From Angustibacter luteus (lineage in GTDB: Bacteria > Actinomycetota > Actinomycetes > Actinomycetales > Angustibacteraceae), in assembly GCF_039541115.1 (NCBI RefSeq), contig NZ_BAABFP010000005.1, forward strand, positions 744,001 through 808,000: a stretch of DNA of 64,000 bases, written 5' to 3'. Below the pieces are notes generated by a model. That model had not been told where the DNA came from and did not search any database. It worked only from the letters and a program-made list of their open reading frames with translations. Positions 35,732-44,940 of the stretch are shown one piece after another. Position 1 is the stretch's first letter, and every line of letters starts with the position of its first letter. Both the position numbers and the translations under genes were made by a program.

Positions 35732-37050
35732 CCACGAGGGACGCCATGAACCAGTCCGAACTGCCGAGCACCGACTGCAGCGGCTGCGAGGAGGGCCGTC
35801 GAGCGCACCGGCTCTCGCGCCGCAGCCTGCTCACCGGCGTGCTCGGGGTGGGCGCGGCACTGGCTGTCTCGGAGCACCTCACCGTGCGCTACGCCGACGC
35901 GTCCACGTCGGCCGGCACCGACGTGCTGCTGGTGATGTTCCTGCGCGGCGGCTTCGACGGGCTGAGTGCTGTCGTGCCGGTCGGTGACCCGGACTACTAC
36001 AAGGCCCGGCCGAGCATCGCCGTCCCGCAGGCCAGCACCATCGCCCTGGACTCGCGGTTCGGGCTGCACCCCGCGCTGTCCGCACTGAAGCCGTTCTGGG
36101 ACAACGGGACCTTCGGGGTGGTGCACGCCGCGGGGATGACCAGCCCCAACCGATCGCACTTCTCGGCCATGGAGGAGATCGAGCGTGCCGCAGCCGGTTC
36201 GAGCATCCGCACGGGGTGGCTGGACCGCACGCTCGGCCTGCATCCGGAGCCGGTCGCCCAGGCCCCGTTCCGGGCCACCACCATCGGGGGCCGCTCACCC
36301 CGCTCGCTGGCCGGCCCGAACCCCGAGGTGAGCATGCGCTCGATCGCGGACTTCGCCCTGAGCGGTGCCTCCAGCAGCGCCGACCGGGCGCGGTGGAGCG
36401 CCGCGCTGACCCAGCTGCACGCCTCCGCCACCCCGACGGTCGGGGACCCGGCCCGATCGACGGTCGCCGGCCTGGCCAGCGCCGCCGACCTCGCGAACGA
36501 CGGCTACCAGCCCGCCAACGGGGCGAGCTACCCGAACAGCGACCTCGGCAAGGCCTTCAAGGACGCGGCCCACCTGATCAAGTCGCCGCAGGCCGTGGCC
36601 GTGCTGACCATCGACGAGGGCGACTGGGACATGCACGCCGGCCTGGGCACCGTCGGCAAGGGCTGGATGCACGACAAGCTCGCCGACCTCGGCGGCTCGC
36701 TCGCGGCGTTCGGCACCGACCTGGGTGACGACCTCGCGCGGGTCACCCTGGTCACCATGAGCGAGTTCGGTCGGCGCACCAGCGAGAACGCGTCCAACGG
36801 CGTGGACCACGGCTGGGGCAACGCGATGCTGATGTTCGGCGGCGGGGTCCAGGGTGGCCAGGTGCACGGCACCTGGCCGGGGTTGTCCGCGGACAACCTG
36901 GTGCAGGGTGACCTGCGGGCCACCACGGACTACCGGGCCGTGCTGGCCGACGTCCTGGTGAACCGTTGCGGCGCGACCCTCGACGAGGCGCGGACCGTGT
37001 TCCCCGGTTGGACCGGCACGCCGCTCGGCACCACCAAGCCAGCCGGCTGA
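35728..37050 (+). CDS. DUF1501 family protein with Tat-like signal
   Basis: SRRSLL; FLRGGFDGL, FGLHP, RSHF, WDMH, SEFGR, GVDHGWG, TTDYR; ATGA overlap (alternative start 35746). Confidence 0.85.
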   Translation: MTTRDAMNQSELPSTDCSGCEEGRRAHRLSRRSLLTGVLGVGAALAVSEHLTVRYADASTSAGTDVLLVMFLRGGFDGLSAVVPVGDPDYYKARPSIAVPQASTIALDSRFGLHPALSALKPFWDNGTFGVVHAAGMTSPNRSHFSAMEEIERAAAGSSIRTGWLDRTLGLHPEPVAQAPFRATTIGGRSPRSLAGPNPEVSMRSIADFALSGASSSADRARWSAALTQLHASATPTVGDPARSTVAGLASAADLANDGYQPANGASYPNSDLGKAFKDAAHLIKSPQAVAVLTIDEGDWDMHAGLGTVGKGWMHDKLADLGGSLAAFGTDLGDDLARVTLVTMSEFGRRTSENASNGVDHGWGNAMLMFGGGVQGGQVHGTWPGLSADNLVQGDLRATTDYRAVLADVLVNRCGATLDEARTVFPGWTGTPLGTTKPAG

Positions 37051-37115
37051 CCGGCGCGCTCCACCACCAGCTCGTCCGGCGCGCTGGGCGCCAGCCACGG
37101 CGGCACACTGGGCGG

Positions 37116-37520
37116 ATGCTGACGCTCGAGCTGGCCCGACGCCTGCAAACGGCTGGACTGACCTGGACGCCGTGCCCCGGCGACCGGTTCGCCATCCCGG
37201 ACCGCGACATGGACGACGACGTGTTCGTCCTCAGCGACATGACGGTGGAGGTGCACGACCTGCCGTCCGGTCGGGTGATCGGGTTCAACGGCACCACCGA
37301 GTGGGCGCTGGACGAGGTGGCCCAGCGGGACGCGCTGTGGATCCCGCGCGAGGACCAGCTCCGCGAGCTGCTCGGCGACCGGTTCGTGCGGTTGGAGTCC
37401 GTCGGCGCCGGCTTCGCCGTCGTGGTGAGCGCCGGGGCGGGCGACGGGACCCTTCGCGAGGTCGACGTCGACGCCGAGCGCGCCTACGCCCGTGCGCTGC
37501 TCATGGTGCTGGCGGACTGA
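37116..37520 (+). CDS. Conserved actinobacterial hypothetical protein
   Basis: W.P..GDRF, FVLSDMTVE, GFNGTTEWALD, WIPREDQLRELLG. Confidence 0.7.
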   Translation: MLTLELARRLQTAGLTWTPCPGDRFAIPDRDMDDDVFVLSDMTVEVHDLPSGRVIGFNGTTEWALDEVAQRDALWIPREDQLRELLGDRFVRLESVGAGFAVVVSAGAGDGTLREVDVDAERAYARALLMVLAD

Positions 37521-37539
37521 CCGGGACGCGACCGGCGGA

Positions 37540-37701
37540 TCAGGAGGCGCGACGCAGCGGGTGCGTCACCCGCGCCTGCACGGTGCGGCGGGCCTGCTCG
37601 CGGGCAGCGCGCGCCACCTCGGCGAAGTACTCGTCGGGACTGATCCGGCCGCGCAGCCAGCTGAGGCCACGCTCGTCCACGACCTTGTCGCGCTTCACCA
37701 C
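37540..37701 (-). CDS. Small hypothetical protein (53 aa)
   Basis: AAGGAGG RBS 6 nt before GTG; follows the GAF gene. Confidence 0.55.
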   Translation of the reverse strand: MVKRDKVVDERGLSWLRGRISPDEYFAEVARAAREQARRTVQARVTHPLRRAS

Positions 37702-37747
37702 GATGGGCCTCCTTCGTCCAGGTCGATGATACGCCCCGCCACGCCTG

Positions 37748-38533
37748 TCACAGCTGACCTTGGGCCGCGCCGAGCAGGTTGGCGAGCACCCGCACCAGCT
37801 CGACGTCGTCCTCACTGAGGTCGCCCAGCCCCGGAGCGTCCACCGTGAGCAGGCCGAGCGGCACCGGCCCCGCCGTGACGGCGACGGCCACCACGGTGCG
37901 GTAGCCGGACCCCGTCGTCGGGGTGACCATCGGGCTGGCCGCGACGTCGTCCACGAAGACGAAGTCGCCCTGGCGCACGATGTCCAGCACCGCATCACCG
38001 TCGGGCGTGCCGCCGCTGAACCGCGGCCGCGGCTGCATGGACCGCCCGCCCCAGCTCTCCCGGGTCAGGCCCAGCCCGTCGCCGTCCAGCCGGTAGAACG
38101 CGCTGCGCGCCTCCGCGGCCGTCAGCGTGACGGCGGCGTCGACGACGGCCTGGGACACCTGGCCGGCAACGTGCGCGCGGTCGGCGTCCGAGCTGGTGCT
38201 CACCAGCTCACCCAAGTAGCTCGTGATGGGAGCGAAGACACCGTTGATCGTCAGGGTCAGCGCCGCCTCGGCGTCCACGGCGACCTGCTCGAGGGTCTGC
38301 CGCTGGCGGCGGAAACGCTGCTGCTGCAGCAGGTTCGTCAGGACGGCGATGCCGGCGAGGACCGCCCCGACGGCGAGCAGCCAGGTACGCGTCTGCCCGC
38401 GGGTCAGGGCCGCCTGGGCCGACACGAGGAAGGTGGCCATGGCCGCGACCACCGCGGTCGAGGTCAGCGCTAGCCCGCTCGCGCGCCTGGTCCACCAGGG
38501 CTCGCGCGACTGGCGAACGTCGGATCCAGGCAC
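37748..38533 (-). CDS. Two-TM protein with C-terminal GAF domain
   Basis: Two hydrophobic helices, then YRTVVAVAV...LGLLTVDA...LSEDDVELVRVLA; TAGGGT 6 nt before GTG. Confidence 0.7.
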   Translation of the reverse strand: MPGSDVRQSREPWWTRRASGLALTSTAVVAAMATFLVSAQAALTRGQTRTWLLAVGAVLAGIAVLTNLLQQQRFRRQRQTLEQVAVDAEAALTLTINGVFAPITSYLGELVSTSSDADRAHVAGQVSQAVVDAAVTLTAAEARSAFYRLDGDGLGLTRESWGGRSMQPRPRFSGGTPDGDAVLDIVRQGDFVFVDDVAASPMVTPTTGSGYRTVVAVAVTAGPVPLGLLTVDAPGLGDLSEDDVELVRVLANLLGAAQGQL

Positions 38534-38603
38534 CCGCCGACCCTAGCGGGACGGTGCGACAGAACGGACGTATGGGCGACGTCCCCGTCCGTCCTCACGG
38601 TCG

Positions 38604-39791
38604 CTAGCGGCCGAGGACGTGCTTCCCGGCCGGCTCCGCGGAGGCGGCGAACCGACCGGCGCCGAACGTCGCGACGTCGGGGTCCGGCGCCTGGCCCTCC
38701 GCGAGGTCGGCCAGCACGATGCCCATGAGCGCGGAGAACTTGAACCCCTCGCCGCTGTCGCCGCACGCGACGACGACCCCGCCGGGCAGCGTGTCGATGA
38801 TGAAACGGCGGTCCGGCGAGTCCGTCCAGCTGCAGACCTGCGCGTCCAGGACGCGGGCCGGGACGCCGGTCAGGTCGCGGGCCACCCGGTCGCGCGTCGC
38901 CGCCACCACGGCCTCGTCCGGGGTCCGGTCGAGGTCGCCCTCCACGTAGTCCCGCAGCGGACGGTCCAGACCGACCTTGTAGCCACGGCCCGGGGTCGGC
39001 ATCGCGTACAGGCCGGGCTCGACGCCGTCCCGTCCGTCGGGGCCGTGCCCGTCGAGACGTGGACCGTCGAGGCGTGGACCGTCGAAGAGGCAGGGCAGGT
39101 CGTCCGTGGCGGTCCCGCCGCTCGGCTCACCGAAGTGCACGACCTGCTCCAGGTGCGGACCCAACGGGATCGACAGGCCCACCATCTCGAGCAGCGGGGC
39201 TGCACCCGGCCCCGGGGCGAGGACCACCACGTCGGCATCCAGGGCGCTGCCGTCGTCGAAGGACAGCCGCACTCCCCCGCTGGTCGTGCGGACGTCGACC
39301 ACGACCTGCCCGGTCCGGACGGTCCCGCCGGCGGCCGCCAGCAGTCCGGCCTGGGCCGCCATCGACTCGGCCGCGAGGACCGGGCCGGCGTCCTCCTGCC
39401 ACACGGCGTCCCGGCCGTCCGGGCGCAGGCCGCGGAACAGCGTCGCCACGTCCGCCGCGGCCACCACGCGGTGACCGACCCCCACCTCGTCGAGGGCGGC
39501 CCGCACGGCCGGCAGGGACACGTCGTCGCGCCACAGCAGCCCACGGCGCAGGTGCACGGTCCGGCCGCTGCGGCTCGCCAACCGCTCCATCGCCTCCACG
39601 CTGCGCTGCGCCAGGCGCACCCGCACGGCGTCGGGGTGGGTGAGCCGCCACAGCCGGGTCGGGCCGGGCGACGACGACAGCGGGTTGGCGATCCCGTGCC
39701 GGTCGACCAGCACGACCTCGTGCCCTCGACCGGCCAGCTCCGCCGCGGCGGGCAGACCCCAGGCACCCGCCCCGACCACGACGCACTTCAC
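38604..39791 (-). CDS. FAD-dependent oxidoreductase (monomeric sarcosine oxidase/SolA-like)
   Basis: VVGAGAWG, CSWTDSPDRRFIID, SGEGFKFSA. Confidence 0.8.
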   Translation of the reverse strand: MKCVVVGAGAWGLPAAAELAGRGHEVVLVDRHGIANPLSSSPGPTRLWRLTHPDAVRVRLAQRSVEAMERLASRSGRTVHLRRGLLWRDDVSLPAVRAALDEVGVGHRVVAAADVATLFRGLRPDGRDAVWQEDAGPVLAAESMAAQAGLLAAAGGTVRTGQVVVDVRTTSGGVRLSFDDGSALDADVVVLAPGPGAAPLLEMVGLSIPLGPHLEQVVHFGEPSGGTATDDLPCLFDGPRLDGPRLDGHGPDGRDGVEPGLYAMPTPGRGYKVGLDRPLRDYVEGDLDRTPDEAVVAATRDRVARDLTGVPARVLDAQVCSWTDSPDRRFIIDTLPGGVVVACGDSGEGFKFSALMGIVLADLAEGQAPDPDVATFGAGRFAASAEPAGKHVLGR

Positions 39792-39822
39792 GCGGGCGAG
39801 TCTAGGCAGCCGTGCCGCCCGT

Positions 39823-40764
39823 TCAGGCGACGGGCAGCGCCTCGTTCACGGTGACCGCGATCTGGCGCAGCACGTGGTCGGCCTGCTCGTGGCCCACCTG
39901 GCAGGTGCCGGCCGCGTGGTGGCCGCCGCCACCGTTCTCCAGGCAGATCGCACCCAGGTCGACCGGCGAGGTGCGGTCCAGGATCGACTTGCCCAGGGCG
40001 AGCACGGTGTTCTGCTTGTTGCGTCCCCAGATCACGTGCGCGGAGACCCGGCACTGCGGGAAGAGCGCGTAGACCATGAACCGGTTGCCGGCGTGGATGA
40101 CCTCCTCGTCGCGCAGGTCCACGACCACCAGGTCGCCCATGACGGTGCTGACCCGGTGCAGCTGCTCGACGAACTTCTCGGTCTGCTCGTGGAACAGCTC
40201 GACGCGCTCGGCGACGTCGGGGGTGGCCAGGATCTGCTCGACCGAGTCCTGGTGCAGCACCTCGTCGATGAGCTGCATCATGAGCTGGTAGTTGGAGATG
40301 CGGAAGTCGCGGAAGCGGCCCAGTCCGGTGCGGCTGTCCATCAGGAAGTTCATCAGCGTCCAGCCGGACGGGTTCAGGATGTCGTCCAGCTCGTACTGCG
40401 CCGAGTCGGCCTGGTCGACGGCGCGCATCAGCTCGTCGGAGATGTTCGTGAACACCTCGGCGCCGCCGTAGAAGTCGTAGACCACGCGGGCCGCCGACGG
40501 CGCCTCGGCGTCGATCACGTGGTTCGCCCGCTGGCCCGCGTTGCGCAGGGTCTCGCTGTGGTGGTGGTCGAACACGATGTGTGCGTCCGCGGCGTAGGGC
40601 AGGTTGGTCAGGATGTCCCGGTCGGTGACCTCGACGACGCCGTCCTGCACGTCCTTGGGGTGCACGAAGGTGATGTCGTCGATCAGGTCCAGCGAACGCA
40701 GCAGCACCGCGCACACCAGCCCGTCGAAGTCGCTTCGGGTGACCAGCCGGTACTTGCCACTCAT
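39823..40764 (-). CDS. DHH-family phosphoesterase (exopolyphosphatase/nanoRNase-like)
   Basis: LVTRSDFDG, FVHPKD, FDHH, GGGGH. Confidence 0.8.
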   Translation of the reverse strand: MSGKYRLVTRSDFDGLVCAVLLRSLDLIDDITFVHPKDVQDGVVEVTDRDILTNLPYAADAHIVFDHHHSETLRNAGQRANHVIDAEAPSAARVVYDFYGGAEVFTNISDELMRAVDQADSAQYELDDILNPSGWTLMNFLMDSRTGLGRFRDFRISNYQLMMQLIDEVLHQDSVEQILATPDVAERVELFHEQTEKFVEQLHRVSTVMGDLVVVDLRDEEVIHAGNRFMVYALFPQCRVSAHVIWGRNKQNTVLALGKSILDRTSPVDLGAICLENGGGGHHAAGTCQVGHEQADHVLRQIAVTVNEALPVA

Positions 40765-40911
40765 CGGTGTCCTCAGTGTCCTGTGCGTCGCTCGGATAGG
40801 GGCTGTCTGCGCCCGCACCCTCTCAATCGGCGGACCCGCACACCCTGTCGATCCACCGAACGGGTGACGTCGAGGGTCGCGCCCGGCCGCCGGGGGCGGC
40901 AGTCTGGGCTG

Positions 40912-41352
40912 GTGAGGTCACCGGACGAGCGCAGCACGCCGCGGGTCCTGGTGGTCGGCGCGGCGATCGTGGACGACCTGGCTCGTCCTGGCCGGCTCCT
41001 GGCCGCCCGTCGGACCCGGCCGGTCGAGACCCAGGGGCTCTGGGAGCTGCCCGGCGGCAAGGTCGAGCCGGGCGAGGCCCCGCAGCAGGCGCTGCACCGT
41101 GAGCTGGTCGAGGAGCTGGGGGTCGAGCTGCGCCTCGGCGACGAGCTCCCCGGCCCGGACGACGGCTGCTGGCCGATCTCCGCCCGGCTCACGATGCGCG
41201 TGTGGCTGGCCGAGCTGTCCGGTGGTGCGCCCACGCCGGACGACGCGCACGACGCCGTCCGCTGGCTCACCGCGGCGTCCTTGGACGACGTTCCCTGGGT
41301 GCCCGCGGACGTGCCCGTCGTGGACGTGCTGCGGACCCTGCTGCTCAGGTAG
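40912..41352 (+). CDS. NUDIX hydrolase (MutT-like)
   Basis: WELPGGKVEPGEAPQQALHRELVEELG Nudix box. Confidence 0.88.
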   Translation: MRSPDERSTPRVLVVGAAIVDDLARPGRLLAARRTRPVETQGLWELPGGKVEPGEAPQQALHRELVEELGVELRLGDELPGPDDGCWPISARLTMRVWLAELSGGAPTPDDAHDAVRWLTAASLDDVPWVPADVPVVDVLRTLLLR

Positions 41353-42331
41353 CCGTCATCGGGATCCCGAAGAGCGGGAAGACCCGCTCGGTGTCCAGGA
41401 ACATCGTGAACTCGACGATCCGCCCGTCGCGGATCTCCAGCACGTGAAGCGACCACGGCTCGAACGCGCCGCCCGGCCCGCTGGGCCGGTACTGGGCGAA
41501 CGCCGGCTTGCCGTTCGCTCGCGTCGGCACCAGCCGCGACCCCTTGCACTCGATCCCGGGGCCGGTCCACCAGGTGAGGATGTCGTCGCGGCCGGACAGC
41601 CACATCTCGTACGGCGGCATCGACTGGGTGGCGTCCTCCTTGATCAGGGCGGTGAGCGCGGGGATGTCGTAGCGCTCGAAGGCGTCCAGGTAGCGGGCCA
41701 GCAGCTCCGTGTCCTCGTCGTCCAGCTCGGGGAGCACGTCGGTATCTGTCGGCTCGCGCTCGGCCATCGTGGCGCGCGCTCGCTGCAGGGCGCTGTTGAC
41801 CGACGCCGTCGTCGTCTCGAGCAGCTCGGCCACGTCGGCGGCGGGCACCGCGAGCACCTCGCGCAGGATGAGGACCGCCCGCTGGCGCGGAGGCAGGTGC
41901 TGCAGCGCCGCGATGAAGGCGAGCCGTACGGAGTCACGCGCCACCGCCAGGTCGGCCGGATCGCTGGAGGACGGCAGCACGCGGTCGTCCGGGATCGGGG
42001 TGATCCAGGTGGCCTCGGGCAGGGTCCCACCGGCCGGCGCGGAGGCCGAGACGGCGGGCCCGAGGTCCATCGGGCGGGCTCGGCGCTGGCGGCCGTCGAG
42101 GGCGTCGAAGCAGACGTTGGTCGCGATCCGGTACAGCCAGGAGCGCAGGCTCGAGCGTCCCTCGAACTTCGCCAGGGCCCGCCAGGCCCGGATCATCGTG
42201 TCCTGCACCGCGTCCTCGGCCTCGAACGCCGAGCCCAGCATGCGATAGCAGTACCCGGTGAGCTCGAGCCGGTACTGCTCGAGCTGCTCCTCGGCGGGCG
42301 CGCCGGTCCGGTCGAACGCCAGGTCGGTCAT
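41345..42331 (-). CDS. ECF sigma-70 factor with C-terminal SnoaL-like domain (SigG-like)
   Basis: YCYRMLGSAFEAEDAVQ, WLYRIATN, LPPRQRAVL, SVNSALQRAR, SMPP, ANGKPA. Confidence 0.88.
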   Translation of the reverse strand: MTDLAFDRTGAPAEEQLEQYRLELTGYCYRMLGSAFEAEDAVQDTMIRAWRALAKFEGRSSLRSWLYRIATNVCFDALDGRQRRARPMDLGPAVSASAPAGGTLPEATWITPIPDDRVLPSSSDPADLAVARDSVRLAFIAALQHLPPRQRAVLILREVLAVPAADVAELLETTTASVNSALQRARATMAEREPTDTDVLPELDDEDTELLARYLDAFERYDIPALTALIKEDATQSMPPYEMWLSGRDDILTWWTGPGIECKGSRLVPTRANGKPAFAQYRPSGPGGAFEPWSLHVLEIRDGRIVEFTMFLDTERVFPLFGIPMTAT

Positions 42332-42918
42332 CGGGTTCCCTCCCCTGCCGCGGCCTTCGCGGCTCGTTTGGCCTCCTGCTTGGTCGAGCGCACCTTGAGC
42401 AGCGACGCGGCGTCCACCACATCGGCCACCGACCGGTAGCTGCCCTCCTCGCCGTAGGACCCGGCGGCCTCGCGCCAGCCGGCCGGCTGCACGCCGTACC
42501 GCTTGCCCAGCAGCGCGACGAAGATCTTCGCCTTCTGCGCACCGAAGCCGGGCAGCGCGGCCACGCGCGCCAGCAGCTCCTCGCCGGTGTCGACGTCCGC
42601 CCACACCGCCTCGGCGCGACCGCCGTACTCCCGGACCAGGACCTGGCACAGCTCCTGCACGCGGGCCGCCATCGAGCCGGGGAACCGGTGCAGGGCCGGG
42701 GGCGTGCGGAACAGCTCGACCAGCGCGTCCGGGTCGAGCGCGGCGATCTGCGCGGCGTCCAGGGCGTCGGCGTCCCCGCCCAGCCGCTCGAGCAGCACGG
42801 ACGGGGAGGTGAAGGCCTTCTCCATCGGGATCTGCTGGTCGAGCAGCATCCCGGTGAGCAGGGCGAGCGGGTCCCGGTCGAGCAGGTCGTTCCCGGCGTC
42901 GGTGGTCGCGAGGTGCAT
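42328..42918 (-). CDS. HhH-GPD-type base-excision repair-like protein
   Basis: GMLLDQQIPMEKAF, HRFPGSMA, LPGFGAQKAKIF, RSVADV. Confidence 0.82.
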   Translation of the reverse strand: MHLATTDAGNDLLDRDPLALLTGMLLDQQIPMEKAFTSPSVLLERLGGDADALDAAQIAALDPDALVELFRTPPALHRFPGSMAARVQELCQVLVREYGGRAEAVWADVDTGEELLARVAALPGFGAQKAKIFVALLGKRYGVQPAGWREAAGSYGEEGSYRSVADVVDAASLLKVRSTKQEAKRAAKAAAGEGTR

Positions 42919-42998
42919 CCGCCCATCCTGTACCCGACCACCGACAACGACTAGCCCGAGCGCGACCTCGGGTGCGCGCAGCCTCCTAGACTCGGCAG

Positions 42999-43883
42999 GT
43001 GCCCTCGCCCTCCCTGCCGCTGCCGACCGCGGAGGGCGCCCAGGTGGTGGTGGCCGCGCCCGCACCCGGGCCGGGCAACTGGGCGGGCGCCGCGAGCGCC
43101 GTCCTGGTGGACGGCACCACGTACCTGACCTACCGGGTCCGTCGGCCGCTCACGGACGGTCGCGGTGTCGCAGTGGTGGTCGCCCGCTCGGACGACGGCG
43201 TGCACTTCGAGCCGGTCTGCGCCGTGCGCCGTACGGAGTTCGGCGCCGAGTCGTTCGAGCGACCGGCCCTGGTGCCGCTGCCGGACGGCGGGTGGCGGCT
43301 CTACCTGTCCTGCGCCACGCCGGGTTCCAAGCACTGGTGGATCGACTCGTTGACCGCGCCGACGGTCGAGGAGCTGCCCCGGGGCGAGCGTCGCCTGGTG
43401 CTGCCCGGGGACGAGCGGACGGCGGTCAAGGACCCCGTCATCGAGGTGGGCCCGGATGGCTGGCACCTGTGGCTCTGCTGCCACCCGCTGACCGAGCTCG
43501 GCGAGGAGGACCGGATGAGCACCCGGTACCTGACCAGTGCCGACGGGCTGGAGTGGCAGGACCGGGGCGAGGTGCTGACCGGCCGGGCGAACGAGTGGGA
43601 CGAGCGGGGCGCTCGAGTCACGACCGTGCTGTGCCGCGACCCGTTGGCGGTGCTGTACGACGGGCGGCGCGATGCGGCGTCCAACTGGTACGAGCGCACC
43701 GGGGTCGCCGTCCAGCGGGACGGACGGCTGGAGGCGCTGGACGGCGTCCGGCTCGGTTCGCCGCACGGCGACGGCGCGCTGCGCTACGCCTGCGCTGTAC
43801 GGCAGCCCGACGGCCGCACCCGGTTCTACTTCGAGGCCGCCCGCGAGGACGGCGCGCACGACCTGATGACGAGCCTGGCCTGA
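42999..43883 (+). CDS. Putative five-bladed beta-propeller glycoside hydrolase-like protein
   Basis: GNWAGA, ARSDDGVHF, SFERPA, KDPV, SADGLEW, WYERTG; TAGACT 6 nt before GTG. Confidence 0.6.
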   Translation: MPSPSLPLPTAEGAQVVVAAPAPGPGNWAGAASAVLVDGTTYLTYRVRRPLTDGRGVAVVVARSDDGVHFEPVCAVRRTEFGAESFERPALVPLPDGGWRLYLSCATPGSKHWWIDSLTAPTVEELPRGERRLVLPGDERTAVKDPVIEVGPDGWHLWLCCHPLTELGEEDRMSTRYLTSADGLEWQDRGEVLTGRANEWDERGARVTTVLCRDPLAVLYDGRRDAASNWYERTGVAVQRDGRLEALDGVRLGSPHGDGALRYACAVRQPDGRTRFYFEAAREDGAHDLMTSLA

Positions 43884-43909
43884 TGACGAGCCTGGCCTGA
43901 TGAGGAGCC
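43862..43909 (+). repeat. 17-bp tandem repeat across the stop codon
   Basis: CCTGATGACGAGCCTGG x2 plus partial CCTGATGAGGAGCC. Confidence 0.85.
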
Positions 43910-43913
43910 GCGC

Positions 43914-44897
43914 CTAGGGCTGCCGCCGCAGGGCGAAGGAGCCGCGGTCCTCGACCGAGCGCCAGTCCGCGTAGCTCTGCCCGCTCACCTGCTCGAGCAG
44001 GTCGATGTCGTCGGCGAAGGCGGGCAGCAGCGCGGCGCGCTCCCCGGGCTGCAGCCGCGGCCGCGGGGTGTGCGCGTCCCCGTGCAGCGCACGGATCAAC
44101 GGCCGGCTCAGGTCGCGCCAGCGCTGGGGGTGGGTGAACGCGCCGAGGGTGGCCCCGGTCCGGACGGCGCGCCCCAGCAGGGCGGCCCGCGCCCCGGGGG
44201 TCACGTAGGGCCGCTGGTTGTCACGCGGCACCTGGGTCACGACCCCCGGTGTGATGCCGACGAAGGCGCTCACCCGGTCGAGCGTGGCGGCCGGCGCGTC
44301 GACGACGTCCCGGTACCGCAGCAGGAGGATCCGCTCCCGGTCCACCCGGGCGTGCAGGTCGGCCAGCTGACGGCCGTAGAGGCCGAGGTCGCGGTAGCGC
44401 CAGAAGGGCGCCCAGCCGACGTGGATGCGCTGCGGCTCACGGGCGAACGCGGACAGGAAGTCCGGGTCCGGTTCCAGTCCGTCGGACCACAGGTGCATCC
44501 AGTTGGAGTACGCGCGGTCGATCGGGTCGCGGAGCACGACCACCAGGCGCACGTCAGGCAGCTCCTCGGCGATCCGCCGCCGGGCAGTCGGGCTCCACAG
44601 GTAGAACGGTGTGCTCTCACCCCGGACTGCACCCTCGGGGGCAGCCGCGAACAGTGCCTCGTAGTCGGCCCGGCGCCAGACCCACTCGCGGTTGCTGTGC
44701 GCGTCCCCGGGCCCGGTGTAGGTAGGCGGTGGCGCGTCGTCGCACAGGTAGTACTTGGGCTCCTTGAGGTGCGGGGCGGCCGGCGAGGTCAGGTGCACCT
44801 CGGGGTGCCGGGCCAGGGCGGCGTGCAGGGCGGAGGTGCCGGCCTTGGGGGCGCCGACCAGGAGGAAGTCCGGCTGCGGCGGGCGGGGCTGGCTCAC
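43914..44897 (-). CDS. PAPS-dependent sulfotransferase
   Basis: GAPKAGTS (5'-PSB), KEP, GESTP, LRDPIDRAYS (3'-PB). Confidence 0.88.
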   Translation of the reverse strand: MSQPRPPQPDFLLVGAPKAGTSALHAALARHPEVHLTSPAAPHLKEPKYYLCDDAPPPTYTGPGDAHSNREWVWRRADYEALFAAAPEGAVRGESTPFYLWSPTARRRIAEELPDVRLVVVLRDPIDRAYSNWMHLWSDGLEPDPDFLSAFAREPQRIHVGWAPFWRYRDLGLYGRQLADLHARVDRERILLLRYRDVVDAPAATLDRVSAFVGITPGVVTQVPRDNQRPYVTPGARAALLGRAVRTGATLGAFTHPQRWRDLSRPLIRALHGDAHTPRPRLQPGERAALLPAFADDIDLLEQVSGQSYADWRSVEDRGSFALRRQP

Positions 44898-44940
44898 CCT
44901 GGCGAGCGTATTGTCTAGTGCTGCAGGTGACTTCGGCTTC

